Part shown: piece after piece, positions 48,370 to 58,724 of the stretch | How the letters are laid out: each line of letters begins with the position of its first letter | Position numbering within the stretch: position 1 is the stretch's first letter | Source: Vulcanimicrobiota bacterium | Lineage (GTDB): Bacteria; Vulcanimicrobiota; Vulcanimicrobiia; Vulcanimicrobiales; Vulcanimicrobiaceae | Assembly: GCA_963723515.1 (NCBI GenBank) | Contig: CAVRQT010000003.1 | Span: 512,001-576,000, forward strand | DNA: 64,000 bases | Reading direction: 5' to 3' | Program-made: the position numbers and the translations under genes | The notes under the pieces: generated by a model | Database searches by the model: none | What the model was told of the DNA's origin: nothing | Seen by the model: the letters and a program-made list of their open reading frames with translations, nothing else

Positions 48370-48804
48370 ATGCGTCTGCTTGTCATTCATGGACCGAGCC
48401 TCAATCTGCTGGGTACGCGCGAGCCGCAAATTTACGGAAACAAAACGCTTGACGATATCAACCACGAGATTTCTGAAGCTGCAGCGCAACATTCGATTGA
48501 CGTCCGTTTCTTGCAAAGCAATGACGAAGGCGAGATCATCCATGCAATTCACAATGCGCGCAATGATGCCGATTTCATCGTCATCAATCCCGGCGCTTAC
48601 AGTCATTACTCGCACGCCATTGCCGATGCGATTACGGCGGCCGGAGTGCGCGCGATCGAAGTGCATTTGACAAATATCTTCGCGCGCGAGCCGTTTCGGC
48701 GGCGCAGTGTCGTTTCAGGCGCTTGCGTTGGATCGATCGTGGGGTTCGGCAGTTTTTCATACGTGCTTGCGGTGCGCGCGGCGGCGCAACTTGCTTCGCG
48801 GTAA
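48370..48804 (+). CDS. aroQ: Type II 3-dehydroquinate dehydratase
   Basis: HGP.LNLLG.REP.IYG, QSN.EG, INPGAY.H.S.AI.DA, EVHLTNI..RE.FR. Confidence 0.95.
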   Translation: MRLLVIHGPSLNLLGTREPQIYGNKTLDDINHEISEAAAQHSIDVRFLQSNDEGEIIHAIHNARNDADFIVINPGAYSHYSHAIADAITAAGVRAIEVHLTNIFAREPFRRRSVVSGACVGSIVGFGSFSYVLAVRAAAQLASR

Positions 48805-48907
48805 GCGGCTCTTAAAGGGCTGCAGGACCGCCAGAGCGCCTTCCGTATATCCCTCCAGACCAAAAAAGCATCATCAAATCGGTCTTTAGCCGTTAGGGAG
48901 ATTTCCT

Positions 48908-49225
48908 TTGACGAAAGCGGACTTAATCGAAGCAGTGGCGACCGAGCAAGAGATGTCGCGTCGTCAGGTCGGCGAGATTGTCGAGATGTTCCTTGAAGAG
49001 ATCAAGACGGCCTTACAAAAGGGTGACAAAGTTGCGTTGACACCGTTCGGCAGCTTCGTCGTGCGCCAGCGCCGCAAACGCGAAGGACGAAATCCGAAAA
49101 CCGGCGAGACGATCACGATCGCCGCGCGCAAGGTTCCGGCATTCCAGGCCGGCAAAGCGTTGCGTGAGGCGGTCGGCGGCGCGCGTTCGGGCGGACGTTC
49201 GAACAAGGGCGGGCGTAAGCGCTAG
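48908..49225 (+). CDS. hup: HU family DNA-binding protein
   Basis: MTKADLI..FGSF..R..R.GRNPKTGE..I.A..VP.F..GK.L; GGGAG RBS. Confidence 0.93.
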   Translation: MTKADLIEAVATEQEMSRRQVGEIVEMFLEEIKTALQKGDKVALTPFGSFVVRQRRKREGRNPKTGETITIAARKVPAFQAGKALREAVGGARSGGRSNKGGRKR

Positions 49226-49227
49226 AG

Positions 49228-49836
49228 ATCGGTCCTCTGGGCCGAGATGAAATCTCCCTAGCGACCGAAATCTTTGAGCGCGCGTTTGCGGCCGAGCACC
49301 GCGCGCGCTTTTCGGAGAACGCGCGTCCAAACGCCCTGCGGGACGTGTGGACGTTCCTCCAGCGAACCGCGGGCGACGGGTTCTTGGGCGCTCGAGAGGG
49401 TCGCCGGCTCCTCGGGTACGCGCTGTTTGTGCCAAGCATGCGCGCCATTCAGCGGCGCGCATTCTTTTCGGGCGAAGTTTTCAAGTGGGCGCTGCGAGCG
49501 CTTCGCGGAGAGTATGACCTCCGGCCGGGGCGTCTGTTGCGGACGCTTCAGAATAAGGTCTTTTTTCTTTTTCACAAGCACCGCTTTCGAACGCAAGGCG
49601 ATGCGCAGTTGCTCAACATCGCAGTCGATCCGGATGCGCAAGGGCGCGGCGTCGGAAAGCAGTTAGTCACCGCCGGATTGAACGCGATGCGCGCGCTGAA
49701 TGTTCCTGAGGTGCGCTTAGAAGTGCGACCGTGGAATGTTTCCGCGATCGCGCTCTATCAGAAAACGGGTTGGCGCGAAGTCGGACGTACGCGCGATCTT
49801 GACGGTGAATGGATCGTGATGGTGGCCAATCCGTAG
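49228..49836 (+). CDS. RimI-like GNAT acetyltransferase (start uncertain)
   Basis: LLNIAVDP.AQGRGVG..L, LEVR..N..AI.LY.K.G; the frame is open from ~49219 but the first canonical start is GTG 49345. Confidence 0.75.
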   Translation: MGPLGRDEISLATEIFERAFAAEHRARFSENARPNALRDVWTFLQRTAGDGFLGAREGRRLLGYALFVPSMRAIQRRAFFSGEVFKWALRALRGEYDLRPGRLLRTLQNKVFFLFHKHRFRTQGDAQLLNIAVDPDAQGRGVGKQLVTAGLNAMRALNVPEVRLEVRPWNVSAIALYQKTGWREVGRTRDLDGEWIVMVANP

Positions 49837-49840
49837 CGCC

Positions 49841-50323
49841 TCATTCCTCGCCGTCGTAATAATCGAGCGACTCACTTCGCATTAAGCGGTACTCGGGCGA
49901 CTTCACGGCATACTTTGTGCTATCGGGATAGAAGCACGTCTCGCCGATTGGATTATCGGCCACAACTAAGATCACGAGATCTTCATCACCGTCGTTGATG
50001 ATTTGGTGCGGCTCATTGGGCTTGAACAGAAACGCGTCACCCTCTTCGACCGCTTCTTTTCCGTCCGCGTGCCGTACTGTGCCCTTACCTGAAATAACAT
50101 GGTAAAATTCCCACTGCGCGCTGTGCAAATGGTACGGGCAAGAAGCAGAACCGGGCGGAACGCGCGTGATTTCGACGTCGAAGGGATGGCGTTTATCGAG
50201 ATCATGTGAACGGCGATCGCGCCCGAGCGCTTCGGACAACTTCCTTCCACTGCGCGCAAATTTGCGGCTCGCCGAGGGCCGCCAAGTCTCCCATTCAACT
50301 TGGCTTGCGTTTACCTTACGCAT
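49841..50323 (-). CDS. Cupin domain protein
   Basis: PYHLH...EFY.V..G.G and F.P.E.HQI.N. Confidence 0.88.
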   Translation of the reverse strand: MRKVNASQVEWETWRPSASRKFARSGRKLSEALGRDRRSHDLDKRHPFDVEITRVPPGSASCPYHLHSAQWEFYHVISGKGTVRHADGKEAVEEGDAFLFKPNEPHQIINDGDEDLVILVVADNPIGETCFYPDSTKYAVKSPEYRLMRSESLDYYDGEE

Positions 50324-50368
50324 TCCAAGAGGGGTACGGCATAAACCCTGGTATCACTTTGCAGTCGG

Positions 50369-50445
<77 letters not shown>

Positions 50446-50464
50446 TTCTTTTCCCTTTGCGCTT

Positions 50465-50952
50465 TCATTTCAATGCGATCTCATACCGATGCATGATCTT
50501 TCCCATAGTCATCCAGCTGTTGGTCGACCATTTGTTGAAAGCCGAGACGCTCATATAGCCGGATCGCGCGAGCATTCCACCCGTTGACCCACAGTTGCAC
50601 GCGGGAGTAGTTGCGACGCGAAGCCATCACGCAGTGTTTCCGTCAGCAACGCCCGCGCAATCCCTTGACCCCAGTACTCCGGTTTGACGGCCACCGTACT
50701 GAGATGTCCGAGCCCTTCGATCGGCGGGCCGGCGCCTCGATTAGCACACGCTTGGGACAACATCGTTACGCCGACGCATTTACCGTCGCAGTCTGCAAAA
50801 AATAGTGCGGTCGTCGATATCGACAAACGCGCTTTGATGCGGCCGAGCGTCGCGGCGGATCCAGGGCCGCGGCCCGCCGCTTGAGAGGCTTCACTCCAGA
50901 TCGCCCAGGCCGTCTCGATTCCGGAGGGCGCGCCCTGTCTAACGTTGATCAC
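50465..50952 (-). pseudogene. GNAT acetyltransferase, frameshifted (sequence error or pseudogene)
   Basis: VAVKPEYWGQGIARALL in one frame; VQLWV..WNARAIRLYERLGF continues in another frame after ~50630. Confidence 0.7.
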
Positions 50953-50964
50953 CGACCGAGCGCT

Positions 50965-52028
50965 CTAACGAAGCGTTCGCTTCGCGCAGAATGTAGGTGG
51001 TCGCATCTCCGTTGACGCTGAAGATGTGAAGTGATTCAACCCCGGCGCGATCGTGATCTCGGCGTCGCTGCCCAGAGCCGTCAGCCGCTCTTTGAGCAGC
51101 TGAACCGAATCATTCAACCGAAAGTCGTCGGCGGGATCCAACGAAGATATGCAGCTTGCCGCGAAGCCGCGGCGCCAGCGTATTCCAGTGATCTTGGAGA
51201 ATGCGGGAGATATCGTAATGCGCTTCCCAGTATGCTGCGACGCCGGCGTCAATTGCGCCCGTTCTCCGGTCGAATAGCGGTTTCGGTTTGCCGTCCGCGC
51301 CCTTGGGGCTAAAGGCGGCCTCGAACGAAAGAAATTGCGCCTCCTCCCACCCCGCAGTAACGACAAACCAGCGCAACGGTTGAGCGTCGAGGACGTAATC
51401 GTGGCCTGATGCGTCAACGAAAAAGTTTTGCGGCGGCATGCGCGTCAGATCTGGGCCGGTGAAGTTGCGAAAATCTACCGGATCCGGCGAGAGCGACCAC
51501 TCCCCGGCAAACAAGTCAGGGTAGGTCACCTGGAGCCAGAGCGCGGACCATCCGCCCGAAGAGTGGCCGCCGACGAATCGTGCCGCCGGCGTACCGATCG
51601 CGCGGAAGCGACTTTCGGTTTTCGGAATGAACTCAGTAGTCAACGCGGTGCCCCATGGCCCATTATTCGCAGAATCCGCGAACTCTTGATGACCGCCGTT
51701 GAACATGCCGTTCAGAAAGACGATGATGAACTCGTGGCCTAATCGACGCATCGGCTTTTGCCAAGTGAGCTCGTCGTCTAAGTCGATGTCTCCGCGACCG
51801 TTAAAACCCTGAATCCAGTAGATGACCGGATAATGGCGATTCGGCTCTTTGTAGTATGAGTCGGGCAGCAGCACGTGCGCGTCGATCGAAATGGGCTGGC
51901 CCCAGAAATCGCTTAAGAGCTGAGCTGCGCATGCTGACGTGCAGATATTGTGGCTCGGCGGCGTGGGCGAGCGCAGCGCTGCACGCCAACCAGAATCCAA
52001 GAGAAAGCACTGCGCCGATCAATTTCAC
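50965..52028 (-). pseudogene. Secreted alpha/beta-hydrolase (putative esterase), two or more frameshifts
   Basis: Signal peptide (52028 frame), VLLP.SY..YPVIY and GHSSGG nucleophile elbow (52000 frame), DDFRL..GLNH (51417 frame). Confidence 0.75.
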
Positions 52029-52120
52029 GCGGCGCGCTGCTTTGCGTCAGATGCGACGCACGTCCTCTACGGACGCCGAATAATGAAGGCGAGCGGCCGC
52101 CTCTCAATAAGCATTCTTTT

Positions 52121-52399
52121 GTGACGCTCAAAGCTTGGCATGCCGTCATCCTCGGTTTCGTGATCGTCGCGACGACGATCAACGTGATCGCCATCGTTGC
52201 GCAGCACCAAGAACTGGGCGTCCCGCACACCCGCACATCGGACATCTATGCGCCCTACTACATCGAGCACAACCAAAAACTCCACGGCTTTGTCAACCGG
52301 CGTGGGGCCGAACGCGAGCTCCTGATCTTGGGTTTCGCGTTTATCGCCTGGTTTTCGGGCTGGTTCTCCGCGACACAGAAAGCGAAGAAAGCCGTTTAG
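52121..52399 (+). CDS. Small two-TM membrane protein
   Basis: Two hydrophobic helices; GTG start assumed. Confidence 0.45.
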   Translation: MTLKAWHAVILGFVIVATTINVIAIVAQHQELGVPHTRTSDIYAPYYIEHNQKLHGFVNRRGAERELLILGFAFIAWFSGWFSATQKAKKAV

Positions 52400-52409
52400 A
52401 GCGTCGCTG

Positions 52410-54573
52410 CTAGCGGACCGCATCCTCGAGCGATGTTCCGCTCAATATCGCTCTGGAAAGATCGACGCCTCGTAAATTTGTGCCGCTAAAATTACAGCTT
52501 TGAAATGTGCTGTGGGCGACGCGGGCTTCGCTCATATTAGCGTTCGAAAAATCGACGCCGCTAAACGTCGAATTTTCAAGGTTAGTCCGACGCAAATCGG
52601 CCCCACTTAAGTCGATGCCGGCAAGTTTTATTCCGCGAAGATCTTGACCACGCAGGTCGGCTCCTGAGAAGTCGCACCCCGCACGACATGCAAAGAGCAG
52701 AGCGCGTGCTTGTGGCGGGTGCAGCGCGTGCGCTTCAAATTGGCAGCTTACGATTCGTGCGCCATTGAAGACCGCACCGTCCGTATTCGCGTGAGAGAGA
52801 TCGCATCGGTTGAGCAGCGCATTGGAAAAATTTGCGCCGCGCAGATCTGAGTTTGAAAAATCTACGCCTGTCAGTACCGCGTTGCGAAAGTCGGCGTTCT
52901 GAAGGTTGGCCTGAGAAAAGTTACTGCCATTGATGCGCTGGCCATGAAAATCGTGTCCACGGAGGTCCTGCGAGCTGAAATCACATCCGCTGCACGACCG
53001 GCCGTTGCTGCGCATACTCTGCTGATCGGCCGCACAGGCGCAGCTCCGAGTCGGCGGCACATGGACGTGAATGGCGGGCACGTCAACCTTTACCGTCGGC
53101 ACGTTGACATGAATCGGCGGCACGTAGACATTCGTCGCCGGTACCGTGACATGCGTTCCAGGCACTTCGACGTGAGTTCCCGGAACGTTGACGTCGATCG
53201 CAGGGACTGATACCGAGATGCGATGCGGCGTTTGCACTTTCACAATGCTCTCATGGTGCGCGCGGCGCCACTTGCGTTCCCGACGTCTTGTTGCCGCTGC
53301 GCACGTAGACCGTGCGCGTGCTGTAGACCGTGTGAACGATCGTGCGTACGGAAGGTTGCGCGGCAGGCACTTGTTCGGAGTGCACGATCGGCCAGGTCGC
53401 GATCGGCAACTGCGCGACAAAGGTGTTTGCGTGCCGCAAGGCTTGAGTGATGGCCTGCGGTTTGCTGACGATCGCGCCTTCCGGCGTGTACGCGATTACC
53501 GGCGTAACGACGTTCGTAAGAACGAATAGGGCTACAAGCGCTGCGACGACGCCCGCCGGCACAAGGAAGCCGACATTGACGCGCGCATTACGGTGCCGGT
53601 TCAGAAGACGCTCGATGCGCACCGAGATCCCTTTTCGCGTCGCGAAAACGCCGGGCGCCGCCAATGCGTGATGCGGCCAAGCCGTCAATTCTGCCATCTT
53701 GTGCAAGCAGGTTGCGTACGGGCGCACTTCACCCGTGAGAGCCAGCACCCAATCGTCGCATGCCACTTCACGTTCAAGATCCAGCTGCGACCCGATGAAC
53801 TTGATCGCCGGATTGAAGAAAAAGATGATTTGCGCGATGCGCTGCAGCGAGTTCGTCCAGTCATCGGCGCGCCGCAAGTGTGCGAGCTCATGCAAACTGA
53901 TGCGATCGATTTCACCGGCCGAGAGCTGGTGCAGCAGATGCGCCGGCAGCAGGATCATCGAATCAAAGAGTCCGACGGCAACGGGAACTTCGATCCGCTC
54001 CGAGACGCAGATGCGCACTTGCCGATGCGGCCCGTACGCGGCTTCGACCCAGCGTTCCATCTGATCGCGCAGCTCGAACGGCAGCGGCAGAGACTCACGT
54101 TTGAGCCGCTCGAGGCGATAGAGGTCACACGCCAGCCGCACTCCGATTGAGACCGCAAAAACAGCCCAGATCAAAAACAGCCCTTCAGCCAACCCAATGG
54201 GCATCGACAGGTGGAGGCGGGTCGGCAGCCGGACGATGCTCGCCGGCGTGGTTGCAACCGGCTTTGTAACAGCGGTTTGTACTGCTTGCGCTCGCGCTGC
54301 GACGCGGCCCGCATGCTGCGCGACCTGAGTAGCCGGTTGAACGGCATTCGTTTGGATCGCAAGTTGCCCGGCATGACGCGCGCCGGAGATTTGCGGCATC
54401 GTCGTCAGCACCGGCAGCAAAATGGCCGCCACCAACGTGACGAGCCAGCTGAGGTATCTCGTGCTCGCGTTGACGCGCATGTTGCGCAGCAGTGCCCAAA
54501 CCGCGAGCGCCAACAGCGCATCTTCCCACAAGCTGTTGAGAAAAACGGCGACGGCTAGATGAATCGCCGTCAC
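52410..54573 (-). CDS. BlaR1-like M56 peptidase with heptad-repeat stalk and C-terminal pentapeptide repeats; frameshift between ~53250 and 53420
   Basis: NASTRY..W, P..VG, HELAHLRR.D, FFNP, RE.ACDD; second frame VPxxxVx repeats, then A(D/N)LxG/xDFS pentapeptides. Confidence 0.8.
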
Positions 54574-54953
54574 TTCTGACCTTCGTACTTTTCGATCATT
54601 TCTTTGAGTCGCGCAAGTTCTGTCTTATCGAGCTGCTGCTCCTCGACGAGCTTGAGCGCAAGCGTTCCCGGCGAATCATTGAAGAATCGGTTCAGCAGCT
54701 GATCGAGCGCCGTCGTCGAAGCCTCTTCTCGGCGAATTCGAGGAATATAGATGAAGGCGCGACCCTCTTCCTCATGCCGAACGAAGCCCTTCTGCTCAAG
54801 AATCCGCATCGTCGTCAGGACCGTATTGTAGGCAATCGGCGGATTTCCAAGCGAGGCCGTCACCTCGCCGACCGTTGCGCGGCCCTTTTGCCACAGGATC
54901 TCCATCAACCGAAGCTCGGCCTCAGTCAGGGTTCGCGATTTCTTACGTGCCAC
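54570..54953 (-). CDS. BlaI/MecI/CopY family transcriptional repressor
   Basis: LTEAEL..M.ILW..G.ATV.EV, AYNTVLT..RILE.KG.V. Confidence 0.93.
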   Translation of the reverse strand: MARKKSRTLTEAELRLMEILWQKGRATVGEVTASLGNPPIAYNTVLTTMRILEQKGFVRHEEEGRAFIYIPRIRREEASTTALDQLLNRFFNDSPGTLALKLVEEQQLDKTELARLKEMIEKYEGQK

Positions 54954-54966
54954 AGGCTCTCCAGAT

Positions 54967-55032
54967 TGTCAACTAATTCCTTAAGAGAAGTATAGTGGGC
55001 TCCTCGGCCGCTGTCAACTAATTTGTTAAGAG
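54967..55032 (-). promoter_or_regulatory. Promoter and two putative BlaI-type operator repeats
   Basis: TGTCAACTAATT(CC/TG)TTAAGAG at 54967-54987 and 55012-55032; minus-strand TTGACA (55017-55012), 17 bp, TATACT (54994-54989). Confidence 0.8.
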
Positions 55033-55077
55033 CGCAGTGCTGCATCCAGGCCAATGCCGAACCGCCTTAGAGAAGTG

Positions 55078-55485
55078 ATGAACCAGAAAGAATCAGCGAC
55101 CAAAAAGACCGACGCCGAGTGGCGGCAAGCGCTCTCACCGGAGCAGTATGCCGTGCTTCGGCAGTCGGCTACAGAGGCTCCCTTCACCGGCGCCCTCCTG
55201 CAGAACAAAGAAGACGGGATGTACCACTGCGGCGCATGCGGCGCACCGCTTTTCCGATCCGACAGCAAATACGAATCGGGTTGCGGGTGGCCAAGCTTCA
55301 CGCATCCCGAAACGCGCGAAAACGTGCGCTTGTTGGATGACAACAGCCACGGAATGCATCGCACCGAAGTGCGCTGCAAGCGTTGCGATTCGCATTTGGG
55401 CCACGTTTTCGATGATGGGCCGGGTCCCGAAGGCACGCGCTACTGCATTAACTCCTTGGCGCTCGGCTTCCAAAAGCAGACCTGA
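55078..55485 (+). CDS. msrB: Peptide-methionine (R)-S-oxide reductase
   Basis: TE.PFTG, Y.C..C..PLF, SGCGWPSF, RTEV.C..C.SHLGHVF.DGP, RYCINS. Confidence 0.97.
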   Translation: MNQKESATKKTDAEWRQALSPEQYAVLRQSATEAPFTGALLQNKEDGMYHCGACGAPLFRSDSKYESGCGWPSFTHPETRENVRLLDDNSHGMHRTEVRCKRCDSHLGHVFDDGPGPEGTRYCINSLALGFQKQT

Positions 55486-55509
55486 ACGGTAGCGGCGAAG
55501 GAGCGCGCG

Positions 55510-55908
55510 GTGGAAGCGACGCTCTTTGCCGACGGAGGCTCGCGCGGGAATCCGGGGCACGCAGCGTCGGGCGCGGTGCTGGTCGGGACTGACGGCGCCG
55601 TATTGCGCGAGATCGGCCGCTATTTAGGGGTGGCAACGAACAACGTTGCGGAGTGGAACGCGCTGCTAGACGGGCTCTCTGCAGCGAAGGAATTGGGCGT
55701 CGCGCGGTTGGCCGTTCGTCTCGATAGCGAGCTCGTTGTCCGGCAACTCAACGGGCAATATCGAGTCAAGCATGAAAACCTGCGTCCGCTGTACGCGCGC
55801 GCTAAGGCGCTTCTTTCGCAATTCGATGAGGTCGAGGTTCGTCACGTCCCGCGCCGCGAGAACAAACTCGCCGATGCGCTCGTTAACCGCATATTAGACG
55901 AACGGTAA
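55510..55908 (+). CDS. rnhA: Ribonuclease HI family protein
   Basis: DGGSRGNPG, TNNVAE, DSELVV.Q..G.Y.V, HVPR..N..AD.L.N. Confidence 0.9.
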   Translation: MEATLFADGGSRGNPGHAASGAVLVGTDGAVLREIGRYLGVATNNVAEWNALLDGLSAAKELGVARLAVRLDSELVVRQLNGQYRVKHENLRPLYARAKALLSQFDEVEVRHVPRRENKLADALVNRILDER

Positions 55909-56561
55909 TGCAGCGTCCCAGTTTTCCTTTGATCCTTATCCTTGTCGCGGTGGCGGCCGTGATCGCCGGATGGCTCCTTTTCTTTGTCAAGCCGGAAAGC
56001 GCGCGATATGCGGCAACGCGAAAAGTTGCCAACTCGTCGAGCGACCTGCACGTCAGCATGGCCGTTCGCTACACAAACGGCCCGATTGCGAGCGAAGAGT
56101 ATCGCATGTCCGATCGAAACGGCCAGTCAACGGCAACGTATCGCATTATCGGAACAAACGGAAAGGTGTACACGATCACGACGCCTCCGATTGAAAGTTA
56201 CACCGTGCCGTTCTTCTTCGAGCGTGTCGTTGCGGATGGGATTTGGAAGATCACGGATCGCCCGCCGCGCGGTGAGCGCAACATCGCCTATACCGTGCAC
56301 GTCGATCAAGCCGTTCAGAGTGAGCGCGGCTCCCGGACGGTCACGTTCACCGATCCGCACTATTGGGCGACGACGGCAGGCCGGCAATTCGAGATTCATT
56401 TGGATCGCAATAAGCCGACGCCGAACTTGTTGCAGCTCTCCGGCTCGGCAATTGCCGACAAAAACTACCAAGCGATCGTCAACGACTTCCGCGATTTTGG
56501 AACCGCCGGCTTCCGCGCGAAGGTGGCCGAAGTACAGGCTGCCGTGCGGGCCGGCCGATGA
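55908..56561 (+). CDS. Membrane-anchored hypothetical protein
   Basis: N-terminal TM helix; overlaps both neighbouring genes. Confidence 0.65.
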   Translation: MQRPSFPLILILVAVAAVIAGWLLFFVKPESARYAATRKVANSSSDLHVSMAVRYTNGPIASEEYRMSDRNGQSTATYRIIGTNGKVYTITTPPIESYTVPFFFERVVADGIWKITDRPPRGERNIAYTVHVDQAVQSERGSRTVTFTDPHYWATTAGRQFEIHLDRNKPTPNLLQLSGSAIADKNYQAIVNDFRDFGTAGFRAKVAEVQAAVRAGR

Positions 56562-57358
56562 GCCGGCGTCTACGGCGCGTAGCACTGCCGGCCTTTGTGG
56601 CGCTCGTTATTCTGGCAGCACTGCTTTATGGCGCATACAAATTCTTTGAAGATCCCGGGAACCAGTGGTTCGGCAAGACGATTGTCAGCGGTCCCACCGA
56701 TCAGCGCGTCGTTGCGCTGACCTATGACGATGGTCCGAACCCACCATATACCGACCGCATCCTCGATGTGCTCGCGCGCGAAAAGGTGCCGGCCACATTT
56801 TTTGTTGTGGGCAGAGCCGTCGTCGCGTATCCGAAGACAATGCATCGGATCGTTGCGGGCGGCAACGCGATCGGTAACCATACCTGGGATCATCGTCATC
56901 TCGTTCTCTTGCCGCGCGCGGGACTACGTGCGGAGATGCAGCGGACCGACGACGCCATCCAGCAGACGGTTCACGTTCGCACGCGTTTGATGCGTCCGCC
57001 GTTCGGCGCGCGTGACTGGCTGGTTTTGGACGAGATGCGCAGGCTCGGTTACATCGTCGTCATGTGGTCCGTCCCGCTGCCGCGCGATTGGGAGTATCCC
57101 TCACCGCAGACGATTGCTCACCGGGTCACGGCGCACGTCAAAGATGGCTCGATCATCGTTTTACACGATGGAAACCGGGGACTCTTGTGCACGGCGCGAC
57201 GTCTCTCCGAGCGCGTTTGCAATCGTGCTGCGGACATCGAAGCGACGCGGCTGATCGTCGAAGAACTGAAGTCGCGCGGCTATCGCTTCGTGACGATTCC
57301 GGCATTGCTTGCGATGCACAACGTTCCTAAGCATAGGTCTGCCCGCGGAGTCGAATAA
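56558..57358 (+). CDS. Polysaccharide deacetylase (CE4/NodB)
   Basis: LTYDDGP, ATFFV.G, NHTWDH, RPPFG, IIVLHDG. Confidence 0.93.
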   Translation: MSRRLRRVALPAFVALVILAALLYGAYKFFEDPGNQWFGKTIVSGPTDQRVVALTYDDGPNPPYTDRILDVLAREKVPATFFVVGRAVVAYPKTMHRIVAGGNAIGNHTWDHRHLVLLPRAGLRAEMQRTDDAIQQTVHVRTRLMRPPFGARDWLVLDEMRRLGYIVVMWSVPLPRDWEYPSPQTIAHRVTAHVKDGSIIVLHDGNRGLLCTARRLSERVCNRAADIEATRLIVEELKSRGYRFVTIPALLAMHNVPKHRSARGVE

Positions 57359-57653
57359 AACCGTCCGCGTGCCGGCCGGCGGGATCGTGATGCGTCCAGT
57401 GGACGACCGCGTTGGAGCCATCGCGCACGAGTTCGCCGCGAATCTGTACTGCGTCACCAGGGTGTACCGGCACCGGTTGCGCTAGCGCAACGTTATCGAC
57501 AACGTCGATCAATCCGGCGGTGGTGCGTACTTCGAAGGTCTCATGCTCGCAACGCGTTCGGGAGCCAAAAAAATAACGCGGCGGCGTCGCGACTGTCCCA
57601 ACGAAGTCCACCTCTGAGCGATGAGTAGTCGCAAGCGCGGCAGCAAGGTCCAT
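57327..57653 (-). CDS. DUF3465-like OB-fold protein
   Basis: H..F, GD.V..RGE, VHWTHHDP..RH..G. Confidence 0.7.
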   Translation of the reverse strand: MDLAAALATTHRSEVDFVGTVATPPRYFFGSRTRCEHETFEVRTTAGLIDVVDNVALAQPVPVHPGDAVQIRGELVRDGSNAVVHWTHHDPAGRHADGFIRLRGQTYA

Positions 57654-57741
57654 TCGCGTCCTCCGCTGCACCTTCACGCCGGCGGCGAATGCGGCAAGGC
57701 GCGGCCGTGATTTCCGCGAAACGGCGCCCGTTCAAGTAGCG

Positions 57742-58311
57742 ATGAGGACCATTCGAACCGAGCGTCTGCGGCTCGTTCCCGTGACTTCGCAAAACGCCGA
57801 AGTCTTATGGCGCCTTCTGCAATCGCCGGACTTGCGAATGTTTCAAGACTTGCCGAACTTAAGTGCAGGCGCATTTCGCGCGATGGTTGGAACGCGCCCG
57901 AAACGCCTGCGACGAGGCGCGGCGGGGCGCTTTGAGTGGCTCGTCTATCTGCATCGCATGCGTCGGCCTGCCGGCTGGGTGTCGCTCCGCCTTGCAGACC
58001 GCGATGACGCCGGCGAGATCGGCTATTCGATCGTGAGAGAATTTCGGCGCCGCGGTTTTGCGACCGAAGCGGTCCATGCGCTCGTCCAGGAGGCCTTTTT
58101 GCGGACGCATCTCGATCGGATTAGCGCATACTGCGTGCCGAAGAATCAGCCGTCGCGCGAGGTTCTCAGACGGCTTCGTTTTCGTGAAGGTGCGCTCGTG
58201 CGCAACGGCGCTTCAGTTGCGGGTCAGGCGGTCGACGTGTTGCACTATGTCATTTCGCGTCGCGACTGGGCTCAATCGGCAAAGACGATCGAAATTCCGG
58301 CTTCGGCGTAA
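57742..58311 (+). CDS. RimJ/RimL-like GNAT acetyltransferase
   Basis: IRTERLRL.P, EIGYSI..RRRGFATEA, N.PS..VL.RL.F..G. Confidence 0.85.
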   Translation: MRTIRTERLRLVPVTSQNAEVLWRLLQSPDLRMFQDLPNLSAGAFRAMVGTRPKRLRRGAAGRFEWLVYLHRMRRPAGWVSLRLADRDDAGEIGYSIVREFRRRGFATEAVHALVQEAFLRTHLDRISAYCVPKNQPSREVLRRLRFREGALVRNGASVAGQAVDVLHYVISRRDWAQSAKTIEIPASA

Positions 58312-58724
58312 CCGAAATAACGGCGCAAGTCGCCGTTTAGATACGACAACAACGGTTCCCGCACGACGCTCACCGTCAGTCGTTGCGCGATCTCAGCAAG
58401 CGGCACCCATTCAACCGCAACGACGTGCGCGTCGCGGCTTGGTAATTCTGCATCTCCGTCGCTTGCGACGGCGAATGTCGCGTTGGTGAAGTGCGTTGCC
58501 CCGTCGTAGGATTCGCTAACGTACAACAGCTCGCCGACGCGGATTACTAGACCTGTTTCCTCGGCAAATTCGCGCTGCAGCGCCGCAGTTAACAGCTCGC
58601 CTTCGTTTTGGCGTCCGCCGGGCAGATTCCAAAGCGGCTTTATTAGATTCGGATAGGCGGAAGCGACGAGCAAGAGACGCTCCCCGCGGCGCAGGAGCCC
58701 GGAACAAAGATGAACGTGATTCAG
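58272..58724 (-). CDS. NUDIX hydrolase (start uncertain)
   Basis: Nudix box WNLPGG...GE....ALQREFAEETGL. Confidence 0.85.
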   Translation of the reverse strand: MNHVHLCSGLLRRGERLLLVASAYPNLIKPLWNLPGGRQNEGELLTAALQREFAEETGLVIRVGELLYVSESYDGATHFTNATFAVASDGDAELPSRDAHVVAVEWVPLAEIAQRLTVSVVREPLLSYLNGDLRRYFGYAEAGISIVFAD

